A stretch of 64,000 nucleotides of DNA, from NCBI GenBank assembly GCA_046483305.1, contig JAWODM010000066.1, forward strand, positions 1-64,000. Reading direction: 5' to 3'. The number at the start of each line of letters is the position of its first letter. The first letter of the stretch is position 1. Below the pieces are notes generated by a model that saw nothing but the letters and a program-made list of their open reading frames with translations, was not told where the DNA came from and searched no databases. The position numbers were made by a program, and so were the translations under genes. This DNA comes from Candidatus Krumholzibacteriales bacterium. GTDB lineage: Bacteria > Krumholzibacteriota > Krumholzibacteriia > Krumholzibacteriales > WJIX01. Shown piece after piece: positions 28,138-38,945 of the stretch.

Positions 28138-29532
28138 CTATATCCTGCCGAGCGCCTGGTCCAGGTCCGCGATTACATCGCTTACATCCTCTATGCCCAG
28201 AGCCAGCCTGCAGGTTGAGGGCTTGATACTGGCAAGTTCCCGTCCTTCTTCTCCCTGCTGCTGGTGTGTGGATATCGCATTCAGGGTCGCCACTGTCTTT
28301 ACCCTGCCGAGGTCGGTAGCCCGCCATATCATCTCCAGGGCGTCGTAGAACTTCCTGGCGTTCTTGTCTTCCCCCGGATTATCTTCCTTCACTTCGAAGG
28401 CGAGCATGAATCCGTACATATTTTCGTCAGTGTCCGCGAGTTTCATGTACCGGTTCGCGAGCTGGTGCCCCGGGTAACTCTCCAGTCCCGGATAGTGCAC
28501 CGCATCCACTCCGGGGTGCTGTTCCAGATAACGGGAGACCTCCAGAGCGCTCCTGCTCATTCTTGCCATCCTCATCCTGAGATAACGCAGGTCGCTGAGC
28601 GCCATCATGGCGTTCATGGGGCTGCAGGCCGGCCCGTTGTCCCTGTAGGGCCAGAGTTTTGCCCATGAGGCGAAATCGGCCTTCATTTCATCCGAACCTA
28701 CCTTACTTACTATATCCTTCCTTGCCGTAAGAGTTCCGATGATCGCGAAGCCGCTTGAACATATTACCTTGGTGGCCGACTGAACAACAATATCCGCGCC
28801 GAACTGCAGAGGCCGGGTCAGAGCCGGAGAAGCGCAGGTGGCATCTGTTATAAGGGGTATTCCGTTTTCATGCGCGAGTCTGGCCACTGCTTCAATATCG
28901 AAGATCGAAACCTGGGGGTTGGACGGGAATTCGCCGTAGAGGAATCTGGTCCCCTCATCCACATTGGATTCCCACTCCTTCATATCCAGGGGATCCGAAA
29001 CCCACCTGATATCAATACCCTGCTCCACGCCTTTTCTCAACCCGAACTGCTGAAAGGTGCCTCCGTAAACCCTTGCAGAGGTGACTATGTTAGGCGGAGG
29101 CAGGGAGTCGTCCTTGATCAGGAACGGCTCGGTGGCGGTCCTTATCGCGCTCATTCCCGATGAAGTAACCACGCAGCTGGCGTCCAGATCGGTGCCGTAA
29201 GTCTCCAGCAGCGCGATAGTATCCTCAAGAAAGATATTGGTAGGATTGGCAATCCTGGTATAGCACCAGGTGGGAATTTCATAGGCGAGAGCGGCCTCCA
29301 TCTCCGCGCTGTTGAAATATGCCTGCGCGGTGCTCATATAGATCGGTTCTATTATGGAAGCGCTGTTCCGGCTGTGGGCGGTGTCAGGGTCATAAAGGCC
29401 GTGAGTGGCAATAGTATCGAACTTTCTTTTCCGGGCAATTTTTATTTTCCCGGCTTTATCCTCAAGCTGCTTTTTCCCGTATTCCAACCACTGCTTGCGG
29501 TTAAAAGACCATTGTTTATTATCTTCTTTCAT
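28138..29532 (-). CDS. Cys/Met-metabolism PLP enzyme (O-acylhomoserine sulfhydrylase/gamma-lyase-like, divergent)
   Basis: FDTIATHG, YTRIANPT, SSGMSAI, YGGT, QSATK (PLP Lys), STHQQ, RLALGIED. Confidence 0.85.
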   Translation of the reverse strand: MKEDNKQWSFNRKQWLEYGKKQLEDKAGKIKIARKRKFDTIATHGLYDPDTAHSRNSASIIEPIYMSTAQAYFNSAEMEAALAYEIPTWCYTRIANPTNIFLEDTIALLETYGTDLDASCVVTSSGMSAIRTATEPFLIKDDSLPPPNIVTSARVYGGTFQQFGLRKGVEQGIDIRWVSDPLDMKEWESNVDEGTRFLYGEFPSNPQVSIFDIEAVARLAHENGIPLITDATCASPALTRPLQFGADIVVQSATKVICSSGFAIIGTLTARKDIVSKVGSDEMKADFASWAKLWPYRDNGPACSPMNAMMALSDLRYLRMRMARMSRSALEVSRYLEQHPGVDAVHYPGLESYPGHQLANRYMKLADTDENMYGFMLAFEVKEDNPGEDKNARKFYDALEMIWRATDLGRVKTVATLNAISTHQQQGEEGRELASIKPSTCRLALGIEDVSDVIADLDQALGRI

Positions 29533-29632
29533 GGTGACCTCCTCTGTAGAATACCCTACACCCTGCTTCGCTGATCGTCAATATCTTTTTTTTGAGATTG
29601 AGAGACAATCCTGTAAAATGACAGAAGAATAA

Positions 29633-29661
29633 TTGACGCATTTGCGTTTATACCTTATGAT
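29633..29661 (+). promoter_or_regulatory. Sigma-70 promoter of the Lrp gene
   Basis: TTGACG-17bp-TATGAT. Confidence 0.65.
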
Positions 29662-29706
29662 ATTCGTATGAATTAAGATAAAAACGAATTATTTGAGGCA
29701 AGGTTA

Positions 29707-30228
29707 TTGAAAGTGTATAATCTGCTGGATAAATCTGACAGAAAAATCCTGGAAGTCCTTCAGCGGCAGGGCAGGATTCCCAACAAACAGCTGGCCGGGA
29801 TAGTGGGGCTGAGCCCATCTTCAGTCTACGAAAGGGTTAAGAAGCTTGAGAAGAAAGGTATAATAGAAAGGTATACAGCTATCCTCGACAGCGAGAAACT
29901 TGGACTGGAAACAGTAATCTTCGTTTCAGTATCCCTTAACCTTCACAATGAATATTCGCTTGAGAATTTCAACAGCTTCGTTAATAATTCCAGAATGATA
30001 AATGAATGCTATCATCTGGCCGGCTCTGAAGACTACCTCCTGAAGATTCACTGCCGCGACATCAAAGAATACGAGCGCTTTCTGGTAACCAGGCTGACCC
30101 GCATAGACGGAATGGACAGGGTAAAAACTCATATAGTCTTGAAAACCATGAAAAAAGAGACGGAACTGCCCGTTGATATCGATCACGAAGATAATCCGGG
30201 CCAGCCGGAGAACCGATTCCAGAGCTGA
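29707..30228 (+). CDS. Lrp/AsnC family regulator
   Basis: LDKSDRKILEVLQ, RVKKLEKKGII, ECYHLAGSEDYLLK. Confidence 0.93.
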   Translation: MKVYNLLDKSDRKILEVLQRQGRIPNKQLAGIVGLSPSSVYERVKKLEKKGIIERYTAILDSEKLGLETVIFVSVSLNLHNEYSLENFNSFVNNSRMINECYHLAGSEDYLLKIHCRDIKEYERFLVTRLTRIDGMDRVKTHIVLKTMKKETELPVDIDHEDNPGQPENRFQS

Positions 30229-30337
30229 AATTCTGATCTCCGGCCGTTATACTGTAATATAGATCGGTAATGCTTATTTAATTCAAAACAGGTGCAGGAT
30301 CGGTTGACCCCGCACCGGCACAGGGAGGATTGTTATA

Positions 30338-31363
30338 ATGCATAAACTGGCATTCATCGGTTTCGGAGTGGTCGGCCAGGGCCTGGCCGAGATTCTGAAT
30401 AATAAGAAGGAATACCTGAAGAAAAGATACGGTTTTGAGTATTCAATCACCGCAGTCAGCGATTTCAGGAAGGGAGCGGCCTGCAACCCCGAAGGACTTG
30501 ATCCGGAGAAGCTGCTGGAGCTGGCCGCATCGGACAATATTTCAGAATACCCCGGAGCCGAAACCGGGATGGACGCAGTCGCCACCATAAGCGAGTCCGA
30601 CGCGGACACGGTGATAGAAGTTACATACACCGATATAAAAACAGGCAAACCCGCCTATGACCACTTCAGAGCTGCGCTGGAGTCCGGCAAAAACCTGGTC
30701 ACCACCAACAAGGGGCCAACCGCGCTGTTCTTCACAGAGCTTTCGGAGCTGGCCCGCAAGAAAGGAGTGATGTTCAGGTATGAGGGGACGGTAATGGCCG
30801 GAACTCCGGTTCTGAACCTCTGCGAGACCTGCCTGGCGGGAAATGAAATCAGGGAGATCCGGGGAATTCTGAACGGTACTACCAACTATATTCTTACCAA
30901 TATGGAGAAGGGTAAACCTTACAGCGGTGTGCTTGAAAAAGCGCAGGAACTCGGTTACGCCGAAGCCGATCCTACTGCGGATGTGGAGGGATTCGACGCT
31001 CTGGCCAAGGTGGTCATCCTGGCAAGGAGTGTCCTGAACGCCGAAATAGGCACTGACGATGTTGAAAGGGAAGGGATAACCGGAATAACGCTGCAGGATA
31101 TAGAAGACGCGAAAAATGAGGGGAAGCGGTGGAAGCTGATCGGCAGGGTTACCAGGGAAGGAGAAAAGGTGAAGGCCTCGGTCAAACCGGAAAAACTTGA
31201 CGCCGGAGATCCCCTGGCTGCGGTATCAGGGGCCACCAACGCCCTTACCTTCGACACCGATCTCCTGGGCGATGTAACCATAGTGGGAGCCGGAGCCGGC
31301 AGAATTGAAACCGGCTTCTCCCTGCTCACTGACATTCTGTCAATACATAATCAGAAAGGCTGA
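30338..31363 (+). CDS. hom: Homoserine dehydrogenase (no ACT domain)
   Basis: GFGVVG, VTTNKGP, YEGTVMAGTP, GILNGTTNYIL, GYAEADPTADVEGFDALAK. Confidence 0.93.
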   Translation: MHKLAFIGFGVVGQGLAEILNNKKEYLKKRYGFEYSITAVSDFRKGAACNPEGLDPEKLLELAASDNISEYPGAETGMDAVATISESDADTVIEVTYTDIKTGKPAYDHFRAALESGKNLVTTNKGPTALFFTELSELARKKGVMFRYEGTVMAGTPVLNLCETCLAGNEIREIRGILNGTTNYILTNMEKGKPYSGVLEKAQELGYAEADPTADVEGFDALAKVVILARSVLNAEIGTDDVEREGITGITLQDIEDAKNEGKRWKLIGRVTREGEKVKASVKPEKLDAGDPLAAVSGATNALTFDTDLLGDVTIVGAGAGRIETGFSLLTDILSIHNQKG

Positions 31364-31436
31364 ACAACATTGACCGGAACCGTTACTTCGGCCGGCCCCT
31401 GTTACAGGGGGATGAAGAAAGGAGTATGTTTAGATC

Positions 31437-32849
31437 ATGAAAATGTTAATCGCGGGCAAATGGGTGGACAGAAAAGAGAAAATTCAGGTCCTTGACCCAC
31501 TGGACAATTCCCTGGTGGACACGGTCCCCAGCGGTACAGACGAAGATATCAAACTGGCCGTTGACGCGGCGGCTGAAGGTTACCGGATCAGCAGGAACAT
31601 GCCGGTACATGAAAGAATAAGGATACTGCGGAAGGTATCCGATGCCATTGAGGATAATGCCGAAGAGCTGGCGGAAACAATTGCCAGGGAGGGAAGCAAG
31701 ACTATAAATGAAGCCAGGGGGGAAGTCAGCAGAGCGGCCCAGACCATACTGATCTCATCGGAGGAGGCCAGAAGAATAACCGGCGAGACCATACCTTTCA
31801 ACTCCAGCCCCGGTTCGGAGAAGCGGATAGGATATTACTTCCGTTTTCCGATAGGAATCATAGGAGCGATAACGCCCTTCAATGATCCCCTCAACCTGGT
31901 CGCGCACAAGCTGGGGCCCGCCATCGCCGGAGGCAATTCAGTAGTTCTTAAACCTGCCACGGTGACTCCTCTCTCCGCCCTCAAGCTGGGAAAACTGTTT
32001 ATGGATGCCGGCCTCCCCGACAACATTCTGAATATAGTTACAGGCCATGGAGGGAAAATAGGGGACGCTCTGGTGACTGATCCCAGAGTCAGAATGATAA
32101 GCTTCACCGGAGGGGTTGAAGCAGGCGAGAAGATTTCCCGCAAGGCGGGGCTGAAAAAGATCGGTATGGAACTGGGATCCAACACACCGGTAATTGTATG
32201 CGAAGACTGCGACCTGGAAAAAGCGGTAGGCGATTGTGTGTCGGGAGCTTTCTGGGCGGCCGGCCAGAACTGCATTGGAGTTCAGAGGATATATATCATG
32301 GAGCCGCTCTACAAACGTTTTGAGACTCTTTTCGTCTCCAGGACCAGGAATTACAGGATAGGCCCCAAGCTGGAAGAGGCCACTGATATGGGGCCCATGA
32401 TCACCGAGGCAGAGGCCAGGAGAATCGAGAACTGGGTGAATGAAGCGGTAGAGGGCGGAGCGCGGGTGCTTACCGGGCACCAGAGGGAAGGAGCGCTGTA
32501 TCACCCCACAGTACTGGCCAATGTTCCGGCCGGATGCAAAGTGGACCGTGAAGAGGTTTTTGCTCCCACGGTCAACCTCTATCCCGTCAAGACTCTGGAT
32601 GAAGCTATTGAAAAAGCCAATGATGTGGATTTCGGCCTTCATGCAGGCATTTTCACCAGTGACTACAAGAAGGCATTCAAAGCTGTCAGAGGCCTGGAGG
32701 TGGGAGGAGTAATGATTAATGACTCCTCTGATTTCAGGATAGATATGATGCCTTTCGGGGGCGTCAAGAAAAGCGGGCTGGGACGGGAAGGAATCAAGTT
32801 CGCTCTGCAGGAGATGACCGAACCAAGGGTAGTCTGCTTTAATCTATAG
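31437..32849 (+). CDS. Aldehyde dehydrogenase family protein
   Basis: ITPFNDP, FTGG, MELGSN, AGQNCIG, EEVFAP, PFGGVKKSGLGREG. Confidence 0.92.
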   Translation: MKMLIAGKWVDRKEKIQVLDPLDNSLVDTVPSGTDEDIKLAVDAAAEGYRISRNMPVHERIRILRKVSDAIEDNAEELAETIAREGSKTINEARGEVSRAAQTILISSEEARRITGETIPFNSSPGSEKRIGYYFRFPIGIIGAITPFNDPLNLVAHKLGPAIAGGNSVVLKPATVTPLSALKLGKLFMDAGLPDNILNIVTGHGGKIGDALVTDPRVRMISFTGGVEAGEKISRKAGLKKIGMELGSNTPVIVCEDCDLEKAVGDCVSGAFWAAGQNCIGVQRIYIMEPLYKRFETLFVSRTRNYRIGPKLEEATDMGPMITEAEARRIENWVNEAVEGGARVLTGHQREGALYHPTVLANVPAGCKVDREEVFAPTVNLYPVKTLDEAIEKANDVDFGLHAGIFTSDYKKAFKAVRGLEVGGVMINDSSDFRIDMMPFGGVKKSGLGREGIKFALQEMTEPRVVCFNL

Positions 32850-32932
32850 GAACATGCCGGAATTATCCTCCGGGCCCGAGCGCTGGAACCCGGTCCGCGG
32901 GAATGACGCCTGAAACCGGAAACGAAGTTAAA

Positions 32933-33697
32933 TCAAAGCCCCAGTATATCATGCATGGTATATAGTCCGGGACCGGCTTTCAGCATGAAATGGATTGCTC
33001 TGACAGTCCCGCGGGCGAAGGTACGCCTGGAGTGAGCCCGGTGAACCAGCTCCAGCCTCTCCCCCTCCCCGGCGAAAATGACGGTATGCTCTCCCGTGAC
33101 ATCTCCTCCCCGCAGAGAGTGCATCCCTATCTCCCGTCTGGATCTCGGGCCGGCCTCACCCTCCCGGCCGTGCACAATTCGCCCCCCCTCTCTGGAACTT
33201 GAAACAATTTCCCCGATACGGGCCGCAGTTCCGCTGGGCGAATCTTTTTTTCTGTTATGGTGTATTTCGGTTATCTCGATGTCAAAATCGGGCAGAACAG
33301 ACGCAACCTCTCCTACAAGATCGAAGAGCAGATTTACGCCCATTGACATATTGGGGCTTATCAGAAGCGGTATCTCTACCGACCTCTTCTTCATTTCCGA
33401 GAGCTGCCGTCCGGAAATGCCGGTGGTCCCTACCACTGCCGCAACCCCGTTATCCGCGCAGGCCTCTACGGTTCTGACAGAATTTTCCGGAGCAGAGAAA
33501 TCTACCGCCACATCAGCCCGGTCCAGCAATTCATCCAGGCTGTCAGTCACCTTTACACCCTGAATCTCCGAACCGATCCCCTGATGCCCCTGCGCCTCCA
33601 CCGCGCCGGCCAGCGAAAGCTGGGCGTCTCCGGATATTTCCTCCGCCAGGATTCTGCCCATGCTTCCAAGCGCTCCAACCAGAATAACTTTATTCAT
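32933..33697 (-). CDS. dapB: 4-hydroxy-tetrahydrodipicolinate reductase
   Basis: VGTTG, PNMSMGV, EIHHNRKKDSPSGTA. Confidence 0.95.
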   Translation of the reverse strand: MNKVILVGALGSMGRILAEEISGDAQLSLAGAVEAQGHQGIGSEIQGVKVTDSLDELLDRADVAVDFSAPENSVRTVEACADNGVAAVVGTTGISGRQLSEMKKRSVEIPLLISPNMSMGVNLLFDLVGEVASVLPDFDIEITEIHHNRKKDSPSGTAARIGEIVSSSREGGRIVHGREGEAGPRSRREIGMHSLRGGDVTGEHTVIFAGEGERLELVHRAHSRRTFARGTVRAIHFMLKAGPGLYTMHDILGL

Positions 33698-33830
33698 CAG
33701 GTCCCCCAATCATGGTTTTACCCTTCCCGAACGGGTAAATAAAACTGCCGGCAGGGGTGCGTTCAGGCACACCGGGCCTCTCCGCCGCTTGGGCTCGGAT
33801 AAGGTGTTTCTGGAGTTTACAGAGGTTCCG

Positions 33831-34733
33831 CTATGCCTTTACCTTCCCCGGATTCCTGGTTTCAAGGCCGTATGCCTCCATTGCCTTCCGGAGCTTCTCC
33901 CTGTTCTCTTTCTTCATCCTTACCAGGGGAAGCCGCACATCTCCGACCTCCATTCCCAGGATATTCATCGCTTCCTTGACCGGCATCGGGTTTGTTTCTA
34001 TAAACATCGCCTGTGAAAGCGGCAGCAGCTGGTAGTGAAGTTCCCTTGCCCGCTTTATATCCCCCTCCCCGAAAGCCTCTATCATCTCCAGAACGTCCCG
34101 CGGAACGATGTTTCCCACAACGCTGACCACCCCTTTTCCGCCTACCGCCATCACCGCCATGGTAATCGCGTCGTCTCCCGAGAGCAGATTGATCTTATCT
34201 CCGCACAGGTATATGATCTCGGACATCTGTTCGAGATCGCCGCTGGCTTCCTTTATCGACACTATCATTTCATTCTCGGCCAGCCTGGCGACAGTTTCCG
34301 GCTCGATATTTCTTCCCGTCCTTCCCGGAACGTTGTAGAGCATCAGGGGGAGCCCGCCATCGTCGGCCAGTTTGGAAAAATGGGCGTACAGGCCCTCCTG
34401 AGTGGGTTTATTGTAATAGGGAGTAACAACCATGGCCCCATCCGCTCCGTACTCTCTGGCCTTTAATATATTCCTGATAGAGCGGTCGGTATTGTTGGTT
34501 CCGCATCCCGGGACCACTTTTATCCTGCCGCCGGCCTCCTCGGTGACTATCTCAATAATCCTGTAATGTTCTTCCCAGGTATATGCCGGATTTTCACTGG
34601 TAGTGGCGCAGGGAACCAGGCCGTCGGTTCCCGCTTCTATATGGAAGTTAACCAGCTCCCTCAGCTTCTCCTCATTCAGAGAACCATCTTCCCTGAACGG
34701 AGTTACCAGCGCAACGAATAATCCCTCGAACAT
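33831..34733 (-). CDS. dapA: 4-hydroxy-tetrahydrodipicolinate synthase
   Basis: ALVTPF, TTSE, PYYNKP, YNVPGRT, IKEASG, ETNPMPVK; start MFEG with RBS. Confidence 0.95.
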   Translation of the reverse strand: MFEGLFVALVTPFREDGSLNEEKLRELVNFHIEAGTDGLVPCATTSENPAYTWEEHYRIIEIVTEEAGGRIKVVPGCGTNNTDRSIRNILKAREYGADGAMVVTPYYNKPTQEGLYAHFSKLADDGGLPLMLYNVPGRTGRNIEPETVARLAENEMIVSIKEASGDLEQMSEIIYLCGDKINLLSGDDAITMAVMAVGGKGVVSVVGNIVPRDVLEMIEAFGEGDIKRARELHYQLLPLSQAMFIETNPMPVKEAMNILGMEVGDVRLPLVRMKKENREKLRKAMEAYGLETRNPGKVKA

Positions 34734-34980
34734 CTCCCTCTCCCTCCTTTTGATATTCCGGTTAAAAGCGCAGATTCCACCACCCGGAGTTCCCGAAGAA
34801 ATTCTTTCGGAAACAGGCGTTACGTTTATTTTATTTGACACTAAAAGGATATTTCACGGGTGTCAAGCAGATAAAAAACAGAGAGCTGTTAACGGCCGGA
34901 GATGCAGAAAACAGGGGCGATTCCCGGGCATTCTTATAATCTCTTCCGTGCCGGGATAGCTCCGGCATCACGGACGCGAA

Positions 34981-36702
34981 CTAGTATCCGGCCCCGCAGC
35001 CGTCCTTTCTCGCCTCGGTCGCCCCGATGAGCACACCGTCAGTCCGGTCATACCAGATACCCTGGTAACCCCCGAACCCACCGTTTGATTTTACCACCCG
35101 GTGCCCCATGGATATCAGTTCTCTTATCACTTCGGGCCCTATACCCGACTCCAGCGCCACCCTTCCCCCGTCCTCCATAAATTCTCCGGTCGGCTGGGAC
35201 GAACCGATATGCCTGAATCTGGGAGCGTCGCCCGCCTCCTGAATACCCATCCCGAAATCGATTATGTTACAGAGAATCTGAACATGGCCCTGCGGCTGCA
35301 TCGCTCCTCCCATCACTCCGAATGAGAAAACCGGCGCGCCGTCTCTGGTCACCATAGCCGGGATGATGGTATGGAAAGGCCTCTTTCCCGGTTCCAGGGA
35401 ATTGGGGTGTTCAGGGTCCAGGTTGAAGAGCGCCCCCCGGTCCTGCAGGCAGAATCCCAGGCCGTCCGGGACCGGCCCCGATCCGAATCCGGCGTAATTG
35501 CTCTGGATCAGAGAAACGAAATTACGATCGCTGTCCGCCACTGTCAGGTAGGTGGTCTCCCCGGTCTCGATAACTATGTCTCCCGGGTCTATCCTTCGCC
35601 GGGCTCTGCCAGGATCAAGGAGTTTTCTTCTTTCCGCGGCATACTCAGGGGATATAAGCTTATCAACCGGGATATCGCTGAAATCAGGGTCGGCATAGTA
35701 GCGGGCCCGGTCCTCATAAGCGATCTTCTTGGCCTCTATCAGGTGATGAAGATACCGGGAAGAATTGTGGCCCATGCCCCCGAGGTCATAAGCGCTCAGA
35801 ATATTCAGGATCTGGAGGGCGGCGATGCCCTGGCCGTTGGGAGGCAATTCCCAGACCCGGTAACCCCGGTAATCGGCGCTCACCGGGTCCACCCAGGTTG
35901 AAGAATGGCGCCTGAAATCCTCGAGCCTCAGGAAACCTCCGGTCCTTTTCTCAAATCTGTCGATAATCTCCGCTATCTTTCCCGAGTAGAAAACATCTCT
36001 TCCCCCTCTGGCTATCATCTCATAGGTGTCAGCCAGATCCGGGTTCCTGAAGATTTCGCCGGCCGACGGGGCTTTGCCGCCTGGCATGTAAGTTTTCGCG
36101 AAATTGGGGTAATCCTTCCTCCTCTCAGCTCCCAATTTCCAGTAATGGGCGATGATTTCAGACACCGGGAAACCTTCCCTGGCGTACCTGATAGCCGGAT
36201 TCATAATTTCCTTCATCTTAAGCCTGCCGAACTTCCGGTGCAGTTCGAACCATCCGTCCACGCATCCCGGAACGGTTTGGGGAACCGGCCCGTAATAGGG
36301 AATCCGGGAATACCCCATCTCCCTTACCTTCTCAGCGGTCAGAAGGAGCGGGCTCCTGCCGCTGGCGTTCAGGCCGTACAGCTTCCCGCTATCGGCATCC
36401 CAGACTATAGCGAACAGGTCGCCGCCGATCCCGCAGGAAACAGGTTCCATCAAACCCAGGGCGGCATTGACGGCTATGGCCGCATCCACTGCGCTTCCGC
36501 CTTTCTTCAGAATTTCAACCCCTACCTGTACCGCCAGAGGCTGGGCGGCGCAAACCATCCCCGAGGAAGCTATTACCTCGGAACGGGAGCCGTTAATGCT
36601 TCCTGCCGGCCTGTCGTAAGCGCCAGCCATATCGAGCCGGGCAGCCAGGACGGCAATCACTATCAGAGCGGACATCAATACCTTTTGAAAGATGGTTCTC
36701 AA
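34981..36702 (-). CDS. ggt: Gamma-glutamyltransferase
   Basis: Signal peptide; GGSAVDAAIA, ETTYL (Thr nucleophile), PGKRPFHTIIP, GVMGG. Confidence 0.93.
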   Translation of the reverse strand: MRTIFQKVLMSALIVIAVLAARLDMAGAYDRPAGSINGSRSEVIASSGMVCAAQPLAVQVGVEILKKGGSAVDAAIAVNAALGLMEPVSCGIGGDLFAIVWDADSGKLYGLNASGRSPLLLTAEKVREMGYSRIPYYGPVPQTVPGCVDGWFELHRKFGRLKMKEIMNPAIRYAREGFPVSEIIAHYWKLGAERRKDYPNFAKTYMPGGKAPSAGEIFRNPDLADTYEMIARGGRDVFYSGKIAEIIDRFEKRTGGFLRLEDFRRHSSTWVDPVSADYRGYRVWELPPNGQGIAALQILNILSAYDLGGMGHNSSRYLHHLIEAKKIAYEDRARYYADPDFSDIPVDKLISPEYAAERRKLLDPGRARRRIDPGDIVIETGETTYLTVADSDRNFVSLIQSNYAGFGSGPVPDGLGFCLQDRGALFNLDPEHPNSLEPGKRPFHTIIPAMVTRDGAPVFSFGVMGGAMQPQGHVQILCNIIDFGMGIQEAGDAPRFRHIGSSQPTGEFMEDGGRVALESGIGPEVIRELISMGHRVVKSNGGFGGYQGIWYDRTDGVLIGATEARKDGCGAGY

Positions 36703-36797
36703 TTTAAACCTCCCTCAGCAGAAATACCCGGGGGCCGCCCCCCCGGGTCAGAACAAGAAACAAACGGCGGGCCGATCAGCCCCAGATGATAATTGAC

Positions 36798-38540
36798 CTA
36801 ATTCGGCTGCCTGTGATCGATCATGTACATATCCCTGGTTCTAAGCATATCCCAGGTCTCCGCAATATCATCGCGGATGAAGCGGTATACCATATACTTC
36901 GCGGTGGCGGTCAGCGAGCCTCCGCTCATAATCTTCTCGAAAAAGCTCATCCTCACCGGGTAGTGAACCAGGGTTACCCCCTCTTCGATATCGATTCCGG
37001 CAAGCTCTGCGGCTATCTCTATGGCTCTGTTGAGGTCTCCGACTTCATCCACCAGGCCTTGCCGCTTGCCCTGCCGGCCGGTCCAGACCCTTCCGTGAGC
37101 AAGTTTCTCCGCTTCCTCGAAGGTCATTCCCCGGTGTTGGGCCACGTCAAGAAGCCAGTGGTTAAAGCCGTTCCAGTGCTCCTGCCTGTATATCTCCCAC
37201 TGCTTGTCGGTGAAATCCCTGTAGGGCGAATACATCAGCGCGTTGGGGCCCTTCGAAGCAAAATCGTGAGTTATTCCAAGCTTCTTTTCCAGTCCCGCCA
37301 CATTCATCTTGCCGCTGATAGAGCCGATCGAGCCCGTGAGAGTCATCTCGTCGGCGACTATCCTGTCCGCCCGGTAAGAAATGTGGTAACCTCCGCTGGC
37401 CGCCACATCCACCATCGAGACAACCACCGGCTTGACCCCGGTGGTAATTTCAATCTCATGCCCTATCAGATCGCTGGCCAGCGCCTCGCCTCCGGGACTG
37501 TCCACTCTGAATACTATCGCCGCCACCCTGTCGTTTTCCCGGGCCTTCTTGATCTGGCTTATTACCGATTCATGCCCCATCATTAACCCCAGCATCGGAT
37601 CCATCCTGCTCTTTCTGCCCCCGATAGTGCCCTGGGCATGAACTACCGCGATCTTCTTCTTTCCCTTCAGCCCCAGAGTTCTCGGGCTGATCTTCGCATA
37701 TCTGGACTGGCTTATGGTTTTGAGGCCCTCATCGCTATCCTCAAGCATATCCTCGATCTCATTCCAGTACATCACACTGTCGATAAGGCCCACCTGTTTC
37801 GCCTGTTCGACAGGAAAAGCGGCCATCTCCATGATGCCCTTCAGGCTCTCCTCATCAATCCCGCGGTCCTGCTGTACCGCCTCGGTAAACATATCCCAGT
37901 ACTCATCCAGCATCCATTCCTTGTTTTCCCGGGCCGGCTGAGACATATCCTCTCTCAATAGCATCTCCGCCGCCGATTTGTAATCCTTTATCCTGTGAAT
38001 CTGGGGATTGATATCCAGTTTATCCAGCATATTCCTGATATGGGTGGTGGTAACGGAAAACCCGGTAAATCTGATATAACCTGTCACCGGCATGAATATC
38101 TCATCGCAGGCGCTTATCAGGTAGTAGGAACCGCGGTTCATTGCATCCGAGTACCCGTAAACCTTCTTTCCGGCCTCCCGTACTCTGGCGATCGCTTTCC
38201 TTATCTCCTCCATCTTGGCCCTGCCGGCCCCGTTGCTGGCGGAGACTTTCATTATCACTCCCTTTATCCGGTCATCCACCTCAGCTTTCCTGAGATTGGA
38301 GAGGATCCGCTGCAGAGTCTCCACATCCCCGCCTGTTATCTCCGTCATGATATTTACGGGAGGGCTGTATTCCAGCATATCGCCGTATATATCTACTACC
38401 AGGTAAGACCCTTCCTTTACTTCCACCTTGTCTCCGGCCAGTTTGCTGGAGGCGATCCCCAGAAAGATGAGGAACACCAGCCCCACAACGACCACTATAG
38501 CCAGAAAAGAAGCAAGAAAAGATTTAAAGAATGACTTCAT
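36798..38540 (-). CDS. sppA: Signal peptide peptidase SppA (67-kDa type)
   Basis: YKSAAE, RVDSPGG, AASGGY, TGSIG, GRVWTG. Confidence 0.93.
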   Translation of the reverse strand: MKSFFKSFLASFLAIVVVVGLVFLIFLGIASSKLAGDKVEVKEGSYLVVDIYGDMLEYSPPVNIMTEITGGDVETLQRILSNLRKAEVDDRIKGVIMKVSASNGAGRAKMEEIRKAIARVREAGKKVYGYSDAMNRGSYYLISACDEIFMPVTGYIRFTGFSVTTTHIRNMLDKLDINPQIHRIKDYKSAAEMLLREDMSQPARENKEWMLDEYWDMFTEAVQQDRGIDEESLKGIMEMAAFPVEQAKQVGLIDSVMYWNEIEDMLEDSDEGLKTISQSRYAKISPRTLGLKGKKKIAVVHAQGTIGGRKSRMDPMLGLMMGHESVISQIKKARENDRVAAIVFRVDSPGGEALASDLIGHEIEITTGVKPVVVSMVDVAASGGYHISYRADRIVADEMTLTGSIGSISGKMNVAGLEKKLGITHDFASKGPNALMYSPYRDFTDKQWEIYRQEHWNGFNHWLLDVAQHRGMTFEEAEKLAHGRVWTGRQGKRQGLVDEVGDLNRAIEIAAELAGIDIEEGVTLVHYPVRMSFFEKIMSGGSLTATAKYMVYRFIRDDIAETWDMLRTRDMYMIDHRQPN

Positions 38541-38945
38541 CTTTATCCTCCAGTTCATCAGAAATCCTGTCTTCCAGTTACCTCGATTTTTCCGCTCTTT
38601 CTCTCCTTTCATACACCCCGGCCCTCATCATAAAACCTGGATCAATCTTCCGTCCAGAGTTAATCTCGCCCTTCGGGCCCCGGCCGGCGCATTTTTACCT
38701 GAAATCATATCTATAACCGCAGATATAATCAACAGCGTTATCCCTAAAATTCCCCGATAATGCCGCCGGCCTGCTATCCGGCGCGAGGGCTGCGGCCCGG
38801 GAAGCTGCTTTTCATTATTCTGATATTATTACGTACCCGCCTCGATTATGTTTCCCCGCCCGGTCTGGCGGACCACCCGGGGCGACACCTGTTCTTTACA
38901 GCCCGGTTCTATTATTGTAGATTATTGATACACGGAGTGATGGTA

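Noticed and set aside
34734..34980. Possible lysine riboswitch before dapA
   Set aside because: Only one small hairpin; no recognisable L-box features.
36786..37586. Long antisense ORFs (this one, 6009-7157, 41332-42252, 55740-56600 and similar)
   Set aside because: They shadow well-supported genes on the opposite strand and lack motifs, as expected from codon bias.
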